Below, piece by piece: positions 9,947-18,539 of a DNA stretch of 64,000 bases. The stretch is from Rothia sp. (in: high G+C Gram-positive bacteria) (GTDB lineage: Bacteria; Actinomycetota; Actinomycetes; Actinomycetales; Micrococcaceae). The number at the start of each line of letters is the position of its first letter. Positions within the stretch are counted from its first letter, which is position 1. The notes under the pieces are model-generated. The model ran no database searches. It was not told the DNA's origin and saw only the letters and a program-made list of their open reading frames with translations. The stretch lies in the NCBI GenBank assembly GCA_030524105.1, contig JAUNHE010000008.1:64128-128127 (forward strand), read 5' to 3'. Made by a program: the position numbers and the translations under genes.

Positions 9947-10420
9947 GTGGGTGCGGCCGAGGTACTGCATCGCGGCCTGCGCATCGATGAGAAGCCGTTT
10001 CCTGTGGAGAAGTTCACAGAGATGCGCGAAGATGCGCTTAAGCAGGTGCCCGAAGAGTACCGCGCCAAGTTCAAGGGGATGCTCAGAAACGAGCCAACGC
10101 TCCGGAGCCGGCTTTGTGCCCTGGCTAAGCGAGTCGATTCGCAAGAGATTACGGATCTTCTGCCAGATATCGATTATTGGGCGAAGCGGACGACACAAGC
10201 CCGCAATAACCTGGTACACGAGGGTAGGACACCTGAGCAATCCGTGGACGAGCTGCTAGCCATCGTCGAGACCACAACCGCGGTTCTGATACTCAATATC
10301 TTAAAGGAGCTTGGGCTGCCGGCAGGGCGGCAGCGCCGGATTGTGCTATGTATCCCGCAGTTCAGGCAAGCTTCTGAGAGCGCGAATAAGTGGCTACGGC
10401 CTCCAGAAGCCAAGTCCTGA
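9947..10420 (+). CDS. HEPN-motif protein (157 aa, GTG start), probably a minimal HEPN or the surviving C-terminal HEPN of a degraded Abi-like gene
   Basis: R-N-N-L-V-H (R86..H91, nt 10202-10219) fits the Rx4-6H / RNxxxH HEPN nuclease motif. The surrounding context is helical. The frame opens right after a stop with only a GTG start; the first ATG lies further in. Confidence 0.45.
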   Translation: MGAAEVLHRGLRIDEKPFPVEKFTEMREDALKQVPEEYRAKFKGMLRNEPTLRSRLCALAKRVDSQEITDLLPDIDYWAKRTTQARNNLVHEGRTPEQSVDELLAIVETTTAVLILNILKELGLPAGRQRRIVLCIPQFRQASESANKWLRPPEAKS

Positions 10421-10594
10421 ACGGTGCAGACCTTGTGCTTTCCCCAAATGATCCCCGAGCCTTAGCCCAAGGCCCCCGGGCTCTGCCCTGCCTTCAGCCG
10501 GTATGTATGGGGCCTATTCTTGCGGCTAGCCTGTAATATAACTACTAGTCAAAGCGGTATAGGCCCCTTGTAGGGGTTAGTTTGGGGGTAGGAC

Positions 10595-11932
10595 ATGCTC
10601 AAAGATTTGGAACAGATTCAGCACGAGGTTCTTGACCCCCAGTCCCGCCAACTCCTTGCCGAAGTCATGAAATGCTACCAGGCTGGCGCCTACCGGGCAG
10701 CCCTAGTCTGCCTCTGGATTGCGGTAGTAGCCGATCTTACGGGAAAAATCCGTTACCTAGCCGAATCCGGTGACGGGCAAGCTAAAAGCATGATCGACCA
10801 GCTAGACCAAGCACTGGCAGACGGGGCCGTCAAAAAAGTCCAAGACTACGAACGGACAATCCTCGAAAAGGCAGAACAAACCCTAGAAATTCTTCTACCC
10901 CGGGAACGAAAAGAACTCGAACGCCTCAAAGAAGACCGCAACCTGTGTGCCCACCCCGGCTACCTAGACCAAGGCGAACTTTTTATACCCGACGCCGAGG
11001 CCGTCCGAGCCCACATTGTAGCTGTAAGCCGGGCCGTTTTCTCCCAGCGACCCCTAGCAGGTAAGCAGCTTATAAACCTGCTAGAAAAAGAAGTCAAAGG
11101 CCGGTCCTGGCCAGCCGGAGGAGACTACTTTCTGGACAGATTCTTCTGCACAGCCCGCAGCAGCGTCAAAAAAAATATGCTCAAAGTGCTGGTGAAACAC
11201 AGCATACGGCCAGCAGAAGACTGCAACACCCTTGCCCAACGCTCACGCGAAGCCACCCTAGCCGTAGCCCAACAAAACCCGCCCCTCTTTGAGGAAGTTA
11301 TCAGCTCCGTCCTGCACCACTGGGAAGCCAGCGGAGCTCTAGGAGAGGCAGAACTACTGCGTGCCGCCGGCGCCTACGGGGCCCAAACACTCTTCTGGCA
11401 GGTGCTACCCGCCACCGGAAAATCCAGGCTCAAGACACTCCTAGCCCGCTGCGACACAGCAGAACTACTGGACCAGCACTTCTTTGTCTGCGGTGAACCC
11501 AAAGACAAAGAACTTGCCCAGATCTTCACAGACATCGTAGCCAGCCTTACTGACCAAGAGCTTGCTAAAGCCATCGAGCAGTCCAAGAATCGCCGCCCCT
11601 TTGTACAGCAAACAATCAGCCTTGTTGAGTCTTCACCATCCTTCCGTGCAGCAGAAGCAAACCTGCGCCTGGTTGAGCTATGCAGCGAAAACCTCACCGC
11701 CAACCATATAAAACTCTTACGTAAAGCCATCCAGGCCAACAAATACGACCAGGTCAGGCAGGCCATGCATACCGAAGCAATCCTCGTAAACATCTACTCT
11801 GCCAGCTCACCCGACCAGGCAGCGCACCAGCAATGGCAGCAGCTAGCCGACTGGCTCTACCAGCAAAGCAACAACCAAGAAGATAGCCTCCACCCCTACC
11901 AAGGCCTACGTACCCTGATCAGGGCAGACTAG
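10595..11932 (+). CDS. HEPN-domain protein (DUF4145/Swt1-like N-terminal HEPN) fused to a ~300-aa all-alpha domain of unknown function
   Basis: The N-terminus QSRQLLAEVMKCYQAGAYRAALVCLWIAVVADL (typical HEPN helix 1), then EDRNLCAHPG with R115-x4-H120 (nt 10937-10954). The Leu/Ala-rich helical C-terminal part matched nothing I recognise. An RBS-like GGGGGTAGGA precedes the ATG. Confidence 0.55.
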   Translation: MLKDLEQIQHEVLDPQSRQLLAEVMKCYQAGAYRAALVCLWIAVVADLTGKIRYLAESGDGQAKSMIDQLDQALADGAVKKVQDYERTILEKAEQTLEILLPRERKELERLKEDRNLCAHPGYLDQGELFIPDAEAVRAHIVAVSRAVFSQRPLAGKQLINLLEKEVKGRSWPAGGDYFLDRFFCTARSSVKKNMLKVLVKHSIRPAEDCNTLAQRSREATLAVAQQNPPLFEEVISSVLHHWEASGALGEAELLRAAGAYGAQTLFWQVLPATGKSRLKTLLARCDTAELLDQHFFVCGEPKDKELAQIFTDIVASLTDQELAKAIEQSKNRRPFVQQTISLVESSPSFRAAEANLRLVELCSENLTANHIKLLRKAIQANKYDQVRQAMHTEAILVNIYSASSPDQAAHQQWQQLADWLYQQSNNQEDSLHPYQGLRTLIRAD

Positions 11933-11986
11933 CAGCCCAAAAAACTGTGGCCAGCAGCCAGCCGCAGGACAGCAGCTACAAGAGGC

Positions 11987-12328
11987 CTAGTATTCGCAAT
12001 TTTCCTGGAAGCGACGGCAGAGGGCCACCAGCACCCAGGCGCTGCCCATACTGGCAGCAAAAACCTTAACAAAACACTGCGCAGTATGGCGGTGACGGCT
12101 AGCATCGGTCAGCAAAGGACGCTCCGAACCGTACTCAGAACTAAGAATCAGCAGCGTATCGGTCACCGGCTTAGGAAAAAAAATAGGCTTGCCCAACTCA
12201 GGCTGCTGGTTAACATCAAGATCCTGAACCGTAACCTGCCCCGGCACAGAGTCCGCAGCCTGGGCAGGTGTGCCAGCCCAAGCACCTAGCGCAAAAACAA
12301 TAGAAGCCAACGCAATCCTTGCGTGCAT
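11987..12328 (-). CDS. Small secreted hypothetical protein (signal peptide, ~86-aa mature)
   Basis: MHARIALASIVFALGAWAGTPAQA|ADS is a Sec signal with AQA cleavage. The gene is followed upstream by a 330-bp AT-rich spacer. Confidence 0.4.
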   Translation of the reverse strand: MHARIALASIVFALGAWAGTPAQAADSVPGQVTVQDLDVNQQPELGKPIFFPKPVTDTLLILSSEYGSERPLLTDASRHRHTAQCFVKVFAASMGSAWVLVALCRRFQENCEY

Positions 12329-12627
12329 ATTCCCCCCAAATATGTGGCCGTGCTAGAACTAGGTATTTAAATATATTGATTTTTAAAGTCACTTTGGCCA
12401 GCAAATTTGCCGTCCAGGCCGGCAAGAAGAAGGGGAGCCGGGGCAGAAAAAGGGGCATGCAAGGTTAACTGCAGATAAAATCCTTTGTGACTTGGGTAAA
12501 TAAAAGCAAAAGTTGCTTGTGGGCCACTAGGGGGCTTGCTGTACAGAAAATTAGTTTCTTCGTTGAGTAAACGTCATAAAGTAAACAAATCAACAAATCT
12601 ATTAGAAATGTTGGCCGCACCCCTTGG

Positions 12628-12652
12628 CTGCCCAGCCTCACTGGGCAGCCTT
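12628..12652. terminator. GC-rich hairpin (10-bp perfect stem) just past the uvrA-paralog stop; no clear U-tract
   Basis: ggctgcccag-cctca-ctgggcagcc. It shares the core GCTGCCC...GGGCAGC with the hairpin at 8608-8640 on the other flank of the island. Confidence 0.4.
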
Positions 12653-12667
12653 ATCCTGCGCCAGCTC

Positions 12668-15037
12668 CTAGGCCAGGTAATCAGCAAGATACTGGGCGGT
12701 TAGCCCCCGGCCAGAAGCCACTAGCTGGGCGGGGCTGCCGGTAAAGACCACCTGGCCACCCTCTGCGCCGGCTCCTGGACCCAAATCAATAATATGATCC
12801 GCGTGGGCCATAACAGCCAGATGGTGCTCAATAACCACCACCGTTTTGCCAGAATCAACCAGCCTATCTAAAAGTTCCAGAAGCTGGGCAACATCTGCCA
12901 GGTGCAGGCCAACAGTAGGCTCATCCAAAATATAGAGCCCGCCCTGATCAGCCATCTGGCTGGCCAGCTTAAGCCGCTGACGTTCCCCACCGGAGAGACT
13001 GGATAGCTGCTGACCCAAAGTCAGGTAGGACAAACCAACATCAATCAGCCTTTTGAGAATCTTGACCGCCGCCGGTACCGAGCTATCTGCCCTAGCTAAA
13101 AAGTCAGCTGCCTGCTCAACGGACAAATTCAGTAGGTCAACAATGTTTAATCCCCCCAGGGTGTAGGTCAGTACCTGATCATTAAAACGCCTGCCCTCAC
13201 AGGTATGGCAGGGCAGGGAAACCTTGGCCAGCACCCCCAGCTCTGCCTCAAGCGTGCCGCTGCCCTTACAGGTAGGGCAGGCACCGGCTGAATTAGAGGA
13301 AAAAAGAGCTGGCTTAACCCCGTTGGCCTTGGCAAAAGCCTTACGAATACTCTCCAGCATGCCGGTATAGGTGGCCGGGTTAGAGCGGCGAGATCCCCGG
13401 ATAGGTTTTTGGTCAATACTAATAATGTCTTCTCCATCGGCAGTCTTGCCCACCAAATGCTGGTGAATCAGAGAAGACTTACCCGAACCAGCCACCCCGG
13501 TTACCACCGTAAGCTGGCCCAGGGGAATATCAACATCAATATTTTTAAGGTTATTGTTCTGAGCCCCGCGAATAGGGTGCTGGCCCCGAGCCGGACGAAT
13601 AGTCTCCTTCAAGGCAGCTCGGTAATTGAGGTGCTGCGCCGTCAGAGTCTGGGACTGCTTCAACTGGCTGTAGCTGCCCTCAAAAGTAATTTCACCACCC
13701 AGGCTACCGGCGCCCGGCCCAAGGTCAACAATATGATCGGCAATAGCAATCGTTTCGGGTTTATGCTCTACCACCAGGACGGTGTTGCCCTTATCCCGCA
13801 AAGAAAGCAGCAGCTCATTAATGTTTTTCAGATCGTGCGGATGCAGGCCGATGCTGGGTTCATCAAAAATATAGGTGACGTCAGTAAGGGCAGAACCCAG
13901 GTGACGAATCATCTTAGCCCGCTGGGCCTCCCCACCAGAAAGAGTTGCGGCAGGACGATCCAAACTAATATAGCCCAAACCGATAGTGATAAAAGCCTGC
14001 AAAACCTGCTTTAAGCTCTCGATCAGAGGGGCAACCTCGGGAATCTGCAGCTCCTCAAACCAGCTGGCCAAATCACTAACGGGCATAGCGGTGAGTTCGG
14101 CAATATTTTTTCCCTTAATAGTAGAGGCTAAAGCTACCGTATTAAGCCTGCTACCTTTGCAATCGGGACACTGAACAAAAGTAATAGCCCGCTCCACAAA
14201 AGCCCGCACATGCGGCTGCATGGATTCTTTGTCTTTAGCTAGCAGAGACTTCTCAATCCGGGGAACCAAACCCTCATAGGTCATATTAATACCGGCAATT
14301 TTAAGGCGGGTAGGTTCTTTATAAAGAAAATCTTGGAGCTCATCAGCACTAAAAGACTTAATAGGTTGGTTGGCCGGAAAGAGGCCAGACTCCCGGTACA
14401 AACGGGCATTCCAGCCGCCCTGGTTATAACCAGGAATACTAAAAAGATCGTCCTCAAGAGTTAGGTTTTCATCGTAGAGCTCAGAAAGCTCAATATGGTT
14501 GATCCGGCCTAAACCTTCGCAGGCAGGACACATGCCACCCTGCCTGTTAAAGGTAACGGTCTCTGCGCTGCTGCCCTTTTTATGAACGGTACGTGAACCC
14601 TGGGCGCTCACACTGGCAACATTAAAAGAATAGGCATCGGGACCGCCAGCCCTGGGCTCGGCCACCCGGGAGAAAAGAATGCGTAAGAGGGCAGTGACAT
14701 CGGTGGCAGTGCCAATAGTAGAGCGAGGATTGCCGCCCAAACGTTCTTGATCAACCACAATAGCGGTAGTCAGCCCCTCTAAAAGGTCTACTGCAGGGCG
14801 GGGGAGATTGGGCATAAACCCCTGGAGAAAGGCAGGGTAGGTTTCGTTAATCAGCCGCTGGGATTCGGCCGCAATGGTAGCAAAAACCAAGGATGACTTA
14901 CCCGAGCCAGAAACCCCGGTAAAGACGGTCAGCCGCCGCTTGGGCAGGGTAAGGCTAACATTCTTTAAGTTATTCTGCTGGGCCCCTTGAATACTAATGT
15001 TTTTGTGGCCATCGGCCGGGTGAGCTGGACTGGACAT
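12668..15037 (-). CDS. UvrA paralog (short-class excinuclease ABC subunit A-like ABC ATPase, 789 aa)
   Basis: Two ABC ATPase modules ([25 protein letters not shown] signatures) and Zn-finger Cys pairs (CPAC...CPDC, CPTC...CHTC). It is ~150-200 aa shorter than canonical UvrA, consistent with loss of the UvrB-interaction region. Confidence 0.8.
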   Translation of the reverse strand: MSSPAHPADGHKNISIQGAQQNNLKNVSLTLPKRRLTVFTGVSGSGKSSLVFATIAAESQRLINETYPAFLQGFMPNLPRPAVDLLEGLTTAIVVDQERLGGNPRSTIGTATDVTALLRILFSRVAEPRAGGPDAYSFNVASVSAQGSRTVHKKGSSAETVTFNRQGGMCPACEGLGRINHIELSELYDENLTLEDDLFSIPGYNQGGWNARLYRESGLFPANQPIKSFSADELQDFLYKEPTRLKIAGINMTYEGLVPRIEKSLLAKDKESMQPHVRAFVERAITFVQCPDCKGSRLNTVALASTIKGKNIAELTAMPVSDLASWFEELQIPEVAPLIESLKQVLQAFITIGLGYISLDRPAATLSGGEAQRAKMIRHLGSALTDVTYIFDEPSIGLHPHDLKNINELLLSLRDKGNTVLVVEHKPETIAIADHIVDLGPGAGSLGGEITFEGSYSQLKQSQTLTAQHLNYRAALKETIRPARGQHPIRGAQNNNLKNIDVDIPLGQLTVVTGVAGSGKSSLIHQHLVGKTADGEDIISIDQKPIRGSRRSNPATYTGMLESIRKAFAKANGVKPALFSSNSAGACPTCKGSGTLEAELGVLAKVSLPCHTCEGRRFNDQVLTYTLGGLNIVDLLNLSVEQAADFLARADSSVPAAVKILKRLIDVGLSYLTLGQQLSSLSGGERQRLKLASQMADQGGLYILDEPTVGLHLADVAQLLELLDRLVDSGKTVVVIEHHLAVMAHADHIIDLGPGAGAEGGQVVFTGSPAQLVASGRGLTAQYLADYLA

Positions 15038-15244
15038 AGTACCTCCTGAAAATGGGGGAGCCCGGGTGCAGTAGCAGGGCAGGAAAGGGGATAAGAACTA
15101 AAACCTTAAAAGCTTACAGGATATTGCAGGAATGGTGTCTATACCGTACCTTACCTTTGTGTCTGCCGGTCCTTTTGTTTCTGGGCTCAACTATTTTCTT
15201 CACTTTTCTTGCCTGTGATCAGGCACTTAGATAAGAATAGAGGC

Positions 15245-15739
15245 ATGTCTGAAACAAAACTTGAAGGAAATCCTGTCAGCCTCAGCGGTCAATTGCCTCA
15301 ACCGGGCACAAAGGCCATAGATTTTAGCCTGGTGGACTCGGAACTTAAGCCCCTTTCCCTGGGAGACTTTGCCGGTCAGCGAGTAATTTTGAATATTTTC
15401 CCCTCCATAGATACCGGAGTATGTGCCCAGTCAGTTCGCACCTTTAATAAAGAAGCTGCCAGCTTAGAAAACACTGCCGTCCTCTGCATTTCCATGGATC
15501 TTCCCTTTGCGGCAGCACGGTTTTGCGCAGCCGAAGGTCTGGATCGAGTGATCACGGCTTCGGCTTTTCGATCCACCTTTGGCCAAGACTACGGCCTGCT
15601 GATGAGCAGCGGCCCCCTGGAAGGGCTTCTAGCTCGGGCAGTCATTGTACTGGACGAATCTGCCCAGGTTATCCACAGCCAACTGGTTCCAGAAATTAGC
15701 CAAGAACCAGACTACAGACAAGCCTTAGCCAGCCTGTAA
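15245..15739 (+). CDS. tpx: Thiol peroxidase (atypical 2-Cys peroxiredoxin Tpx)
   Basis: [15 protein letters not shown]...[35 protein letters not shown] is the Tpx signature with the peroxidatic Cys. The track ORF begins 12 codons earlier. Confidence 0.85.
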   Translation: MSETKLEGNPVSLSGQLPQPGTKAIDFSLVDSELKPLSLGDFAGQRVILNIFPSIDTGVCAQSVRTFNKEAASLENTAVLCISMDLPFAAARFCAAEGLDRVITASAFRSTFGQDYGLLMSSGPLEGLLARAVIVLDESAQVIHSQLVPEISQEPDYRQALASL

Positions 15740-15757
15740 GGCCTAGCTGCAAGGGGT

Positions 15758-16123
15758 CTAAAAAACCCAATTTGCCAGAAAAACACAAACAACCGTTCCG
15801 CAAATCATGGAGAGAAACATGTTTTTGCGCCACAGATGAACCAGCACGGTCACGGCCGCTCCCGCTAGATAGGGTAGGGCCGTGGCCTGTGAACTGTAGT
15901 CGATATGAAAGAGGACGTAGGCGGCTAGGAGCAGCATAGCCCCCAGCGGTATCCATCTGGCCAGATCCGCCAGCAGAGCAGAATCCTTAAGCTGGTTTTT
16001 GACGGTAAAGGGAATAAGACGCAGAAGAAAAGTAAGGGCTGCTGCACAGAGGACGGCCCCGATCAGGTAGGCTGGCTCAGGCACGAGAGGCCCCCCGGGA
16101 TTTGCCCACACAATGCCGGACAA
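15758..16123 (-). CDS. azlD: Branched-chain amino acid exporter small subunit AzlD
   Basis: ~100-aa, 4-TM protein downstream of azlC. The true start is probably internal, since the track ORF overlaps the azlC end by 47 nt. Confidence 0.6.
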   Translation of the reverse strand: MSGIVWANPGGPLVPEPAYLIGAVLCAAALTFLLRLIPFTVKNQLKDSALLADLARWIPLGAMLLLAAYVLFHIDYSSQATALPYLAGAAVTVLVHLWRKNMFLSMICGTVVCVFLANWVF

Positions 16124-16835
16124 TCAGCAGGCCTAAGTAGATAAGCAGGGCCAGGGTCAGCATGGCTTGCGGAGCTAGCAGCATGGCCAGAATAGCTGCT
16201 ACTGCCGCTAAGAGGCTGGTTAATATGTCTGGGTCACTACGGAAGGCGTCCAGGGCCAGGATAATAAAGAGGGCCGTCATAACAAAGTCAACGCCGCGAA
16301 TATCGCTTAAAAAACTACTAGCGATTACCGCTCCCAGCGTGGACCCTGCCGCCCAGCTGACATGCAGTAAAAAGCAAATCCAGGTGATCCTGGCCGAGCG
16401 AAGCTGCTGGGCCTGGGGTCCAACATTGAGGGCAAAATGCTCATCGCTCAGTGCATAAATATTGTAGAGCTTAGCCCAGCGCCCCTGCACCCGGTTTAAG
16501 GGAAAAGACAGCCCGTACACTAGGTGGCGGGAGTTGACCAGCAGGGTGGTTGTAGCAATAGAAAGCAGGGGAGCACCCGCCGCCAGCATACCCACCAGAA
16601 TAAACTCTGCTGAGCCCGCATAAACGAGTAAGGAGATCAGGGGAGCAAGCCACCAGGGTAGGCCCAGAGAAGCAATAAGGACGCCCAAGCCCAGGCCAAG
16701 GACAACAAAACCGGCAAAGACCACACCGCCCACACGCAGGGCCTCCTGCCAGCCGCTTTCCCCTTGAAAAGTAAGCTGATGGGAGCCGGCCACAGCTTCT
16801 GCCCCGGTGCCACTTTTTTGCTCTTTCTCCTTCAT
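16077..16835 (-). CDS. azlC: AzlC-family branched-chain amino acid exporter large subunit
   Basis: AzlC motifs (LVYAGSAEFILVGMLAAGAPLLSIATTTLLVNSRHLVYGLSF). The start is taken at MKEKEQ (16835). Confidence 0.7.
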   Translation of the reverse strand: MKEKEQKSGTGAEAVAGSHQLTFQGESGWQEALRVGGVVFAGFVVLGLGLGVLIASLGLPWWLAPLISLLVYAGSAEFILVGMLAAGAPLLSIATTTLLVNSRHLVYGLSFPLNRVQGRWAKLYNIYALSDEHFALNVGPQAQQLRSARITWICFLLHVSWAAGSTLGAVIASSFLSDIRGVDFVMTALFIILALDAFRSDPDILTSLLAAVAAILAMLLAPQAMLTLALLIYLGLLIVRHCVGKSRGASRA

Positions 16836-17057
16836 AACAGCAATTTTAGGTGGCAGCAGGCTTAAAGTGTCAAACACTCCCACTGGGCAAGCCCTACAGA
16901 TCTGAGCAGTCGGGGCAAAAGCACTTGTTTTGTACCCTAAAACTCTGGGAGCTTTAGCCTCTTTCCCGCTGAGTTGGCTGCTTTTGTTATGACCAGCAAT
17001 GATAGTCTGAAGCTTAACTTATTGACCATGAGAAAAGCTTAAGATGGGGTGGGGCTA

Positions 17058-18536
17058 ATGTCTGATACTGCAGATAAGAGCGGGGGGCAGTCTTCTCAGC
17101 AGCTTCGGCGCGGGCTTAAGAATCGCCATATGCAGATGATTGCCATCGGTGGAGCTATTGGCACCGGTCTTTTTGTTGCTTCGGGAGCTACGGTTGCCTC
17201 TGCCGGTCCGGGTGGGGCCTTGCTGGCTTATGCCCTGATCGGTTTAATGGTGCTCCTGCTAATGCAGTCCCTGGGAGAGATGTCCGCCCACCTGCCCCTG
17301 CCCGGTTCTTTTCAAGCCTTTGCTAGCAGATTTGTTTCGCCCTCCTTTGGTTTTGCTATTGGCTGGAACTACTGGTTTAACTGGGCCATTACGGTTGCTG
17401 CTGAGCTGGTAGCTGCCGGGATCGTGATGAACTACTGGCTGCCCGGTGTGCCCGGCTGGGTCTGGGCAGGACTCTTTCTCCTTATGCTGTTTAGCCTCAA
17501 CGCACTGTCGGCCCGAGCCTTTGGTGAGGGTGAATTTTGGCTTTCTAGCATCAAGGTAGTGACGGTTATTGTCTTCCTGCTTGCTGGACTCGCCATGATC
17601 CTGGGTATTCTTGGGGGGCAATCACCGGGGTTTAGCAATTGGACCCAGGGCCAGGCTCCCTTTGTAGGGGGTCCTATGTCGGTCATTGCTATTTTTATGA
17701 TCGCCGGATTCTCTTTTCAAGGCACCGAGATGGTGGGGGTTGCCGCCGGCGAGTCCGAAAATCCACGCCGGGATGTTCCCCGCGCTATTAACTCGGTATT
17801 TTGGCGTATTTTGATGTTCTATATTGCTGCTTTTATTGTGATCGGATTTTTAATCCCCTACACAGACCCCAACCTCTTACGCACGGACGCAACCGACATT
17901 GCTTATTCGCCCTTTACCCTGGTCTTTGAAAGGGCCGGCATTGCCTTTGCCGCCTCCTTAATGAATGCTGTTATTCTGACCGCCATCTTATCTGCCGGCA
18001 ACTCTGGCCTGTATGTCTCCTCCCGCATGCTCTATTCGCTGGCTATCGAAGGGAAGGCCCCTCGTATTTTTGCCCGGGTGAGTAGACGGGGTGTGCCCAC
18101 ACCAGCCCTGCTGGCTACAGCAGCAGTTGGCTTATTTGGATTTTTAACCGCGGTGATGGGGCAGGGTGGCGCCTACACCTGGTTGGTCAGTATCTCCGGC
18201 TTATCCGGTTTTATAGCCTGGGTAGGTATAGCTGTTTGCCATTACCGTTTTCGGCGGGCCTACCTAGTTCAGGGAAAATCCCTCAAAGATCTGCCCTACC
18301 TTGCCCCCTTCTTCCCCCTAGGGCCCATGATTGCTTTTGTGATGTGCCTGCTCGTTATCTTAGGTCAGAACTATGAGGCTATTTTTGCCGGCCACATTGT
18401 TGAAGTGGTCAGTGCCTACATTGGCTTACCGGTTTTCTTGGCCGTCTGGCTTATCCATAAGGCAGTGACCAAAGACAAAATCATTCCCTTAGATCAGGTG
18501 GATGTCTCCGGGCTGAGCCTTGGTAGGCAGGAGTAA
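17058..18536 (+). CDS. APC-family amino acid permease, LysP-like
   Basis: LKNRHMQMIAIGGAIGTGLFVASGATVASAGPGGALLAYALIGLMV...GFAIGWNYWFNWAITVA is close to the LysP/AroP consensus. 12 TM helices. ATG at 17058. Confidence 0.8.
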   Translation: MSDTADKSGGQSSQQLRRGLKNRHMQMIAIGGAIGTGLFVASGATVASAGPGGALLAYALIGLMVLLLMQSLGEMSAHLPLPGSFQAFASRFVSPSFGFAIGWNYWFNWAITVAAELVAAGIVMNYWLPGVPGWVWAGLFLLMLFSLNALSARAFGEGEFWLSSIKVVTVIVFLLAGLAMILGILGGQSPGFSNWTQGQAPFVGGPMSVIAIFMIAGFSFQGTEMVGVAAGESENPRRDVPRAINSVFWRILMFYIAAFIVIGFLIPYTDPNLLRTDATDIAYSPFTLVFERAGIAFAASLMNAVILTAILSAGNSGLYVSSRMLYSLAIEGKAPRIFARVSRRGVPTPALLATAAVGLFGFLTAVMGQGGAYTWLVSISGLSGFIAWVGIAVCHYRFRRAYLVQGKSLKDLPYLAPFFPLGPMIAFVMCLLVILGQNYEAIFAGHIVEVVSAYIGLPVFLAVWLIHKAVTKDKIIPLDQVDVSGLSLGRQE

Positions 18537-18539
18537 CCC

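Noticed and set aside
10595-11932. MNT (minimal nucleotidyltransferase) partner for the HEPN proteins
   Set aside because: I searched both island proteins and neighbouring frames for the GSxxxG...[DE]xD nucleotidyltransferase motif and found none, so this is not a classical HEPN-MNT toxin-antitoxin pair.
15052-15234. 60-aa ORF between the uvrA paralog and tpx
   Set aside because: It overlaps the tpx 5' region in another frame with no ribosome-binding site. It is likely spurious.
16884-17057. Possible lysine riboswitch (L-box) in the 170-nt leader of the LysP-like permease
   Set aside because: I could not find the conserved L-box core elements (GAGGCGC / AGAGG...helices) in the sequence. The spacer is better explained as a divergent azlC/permease promoter region.
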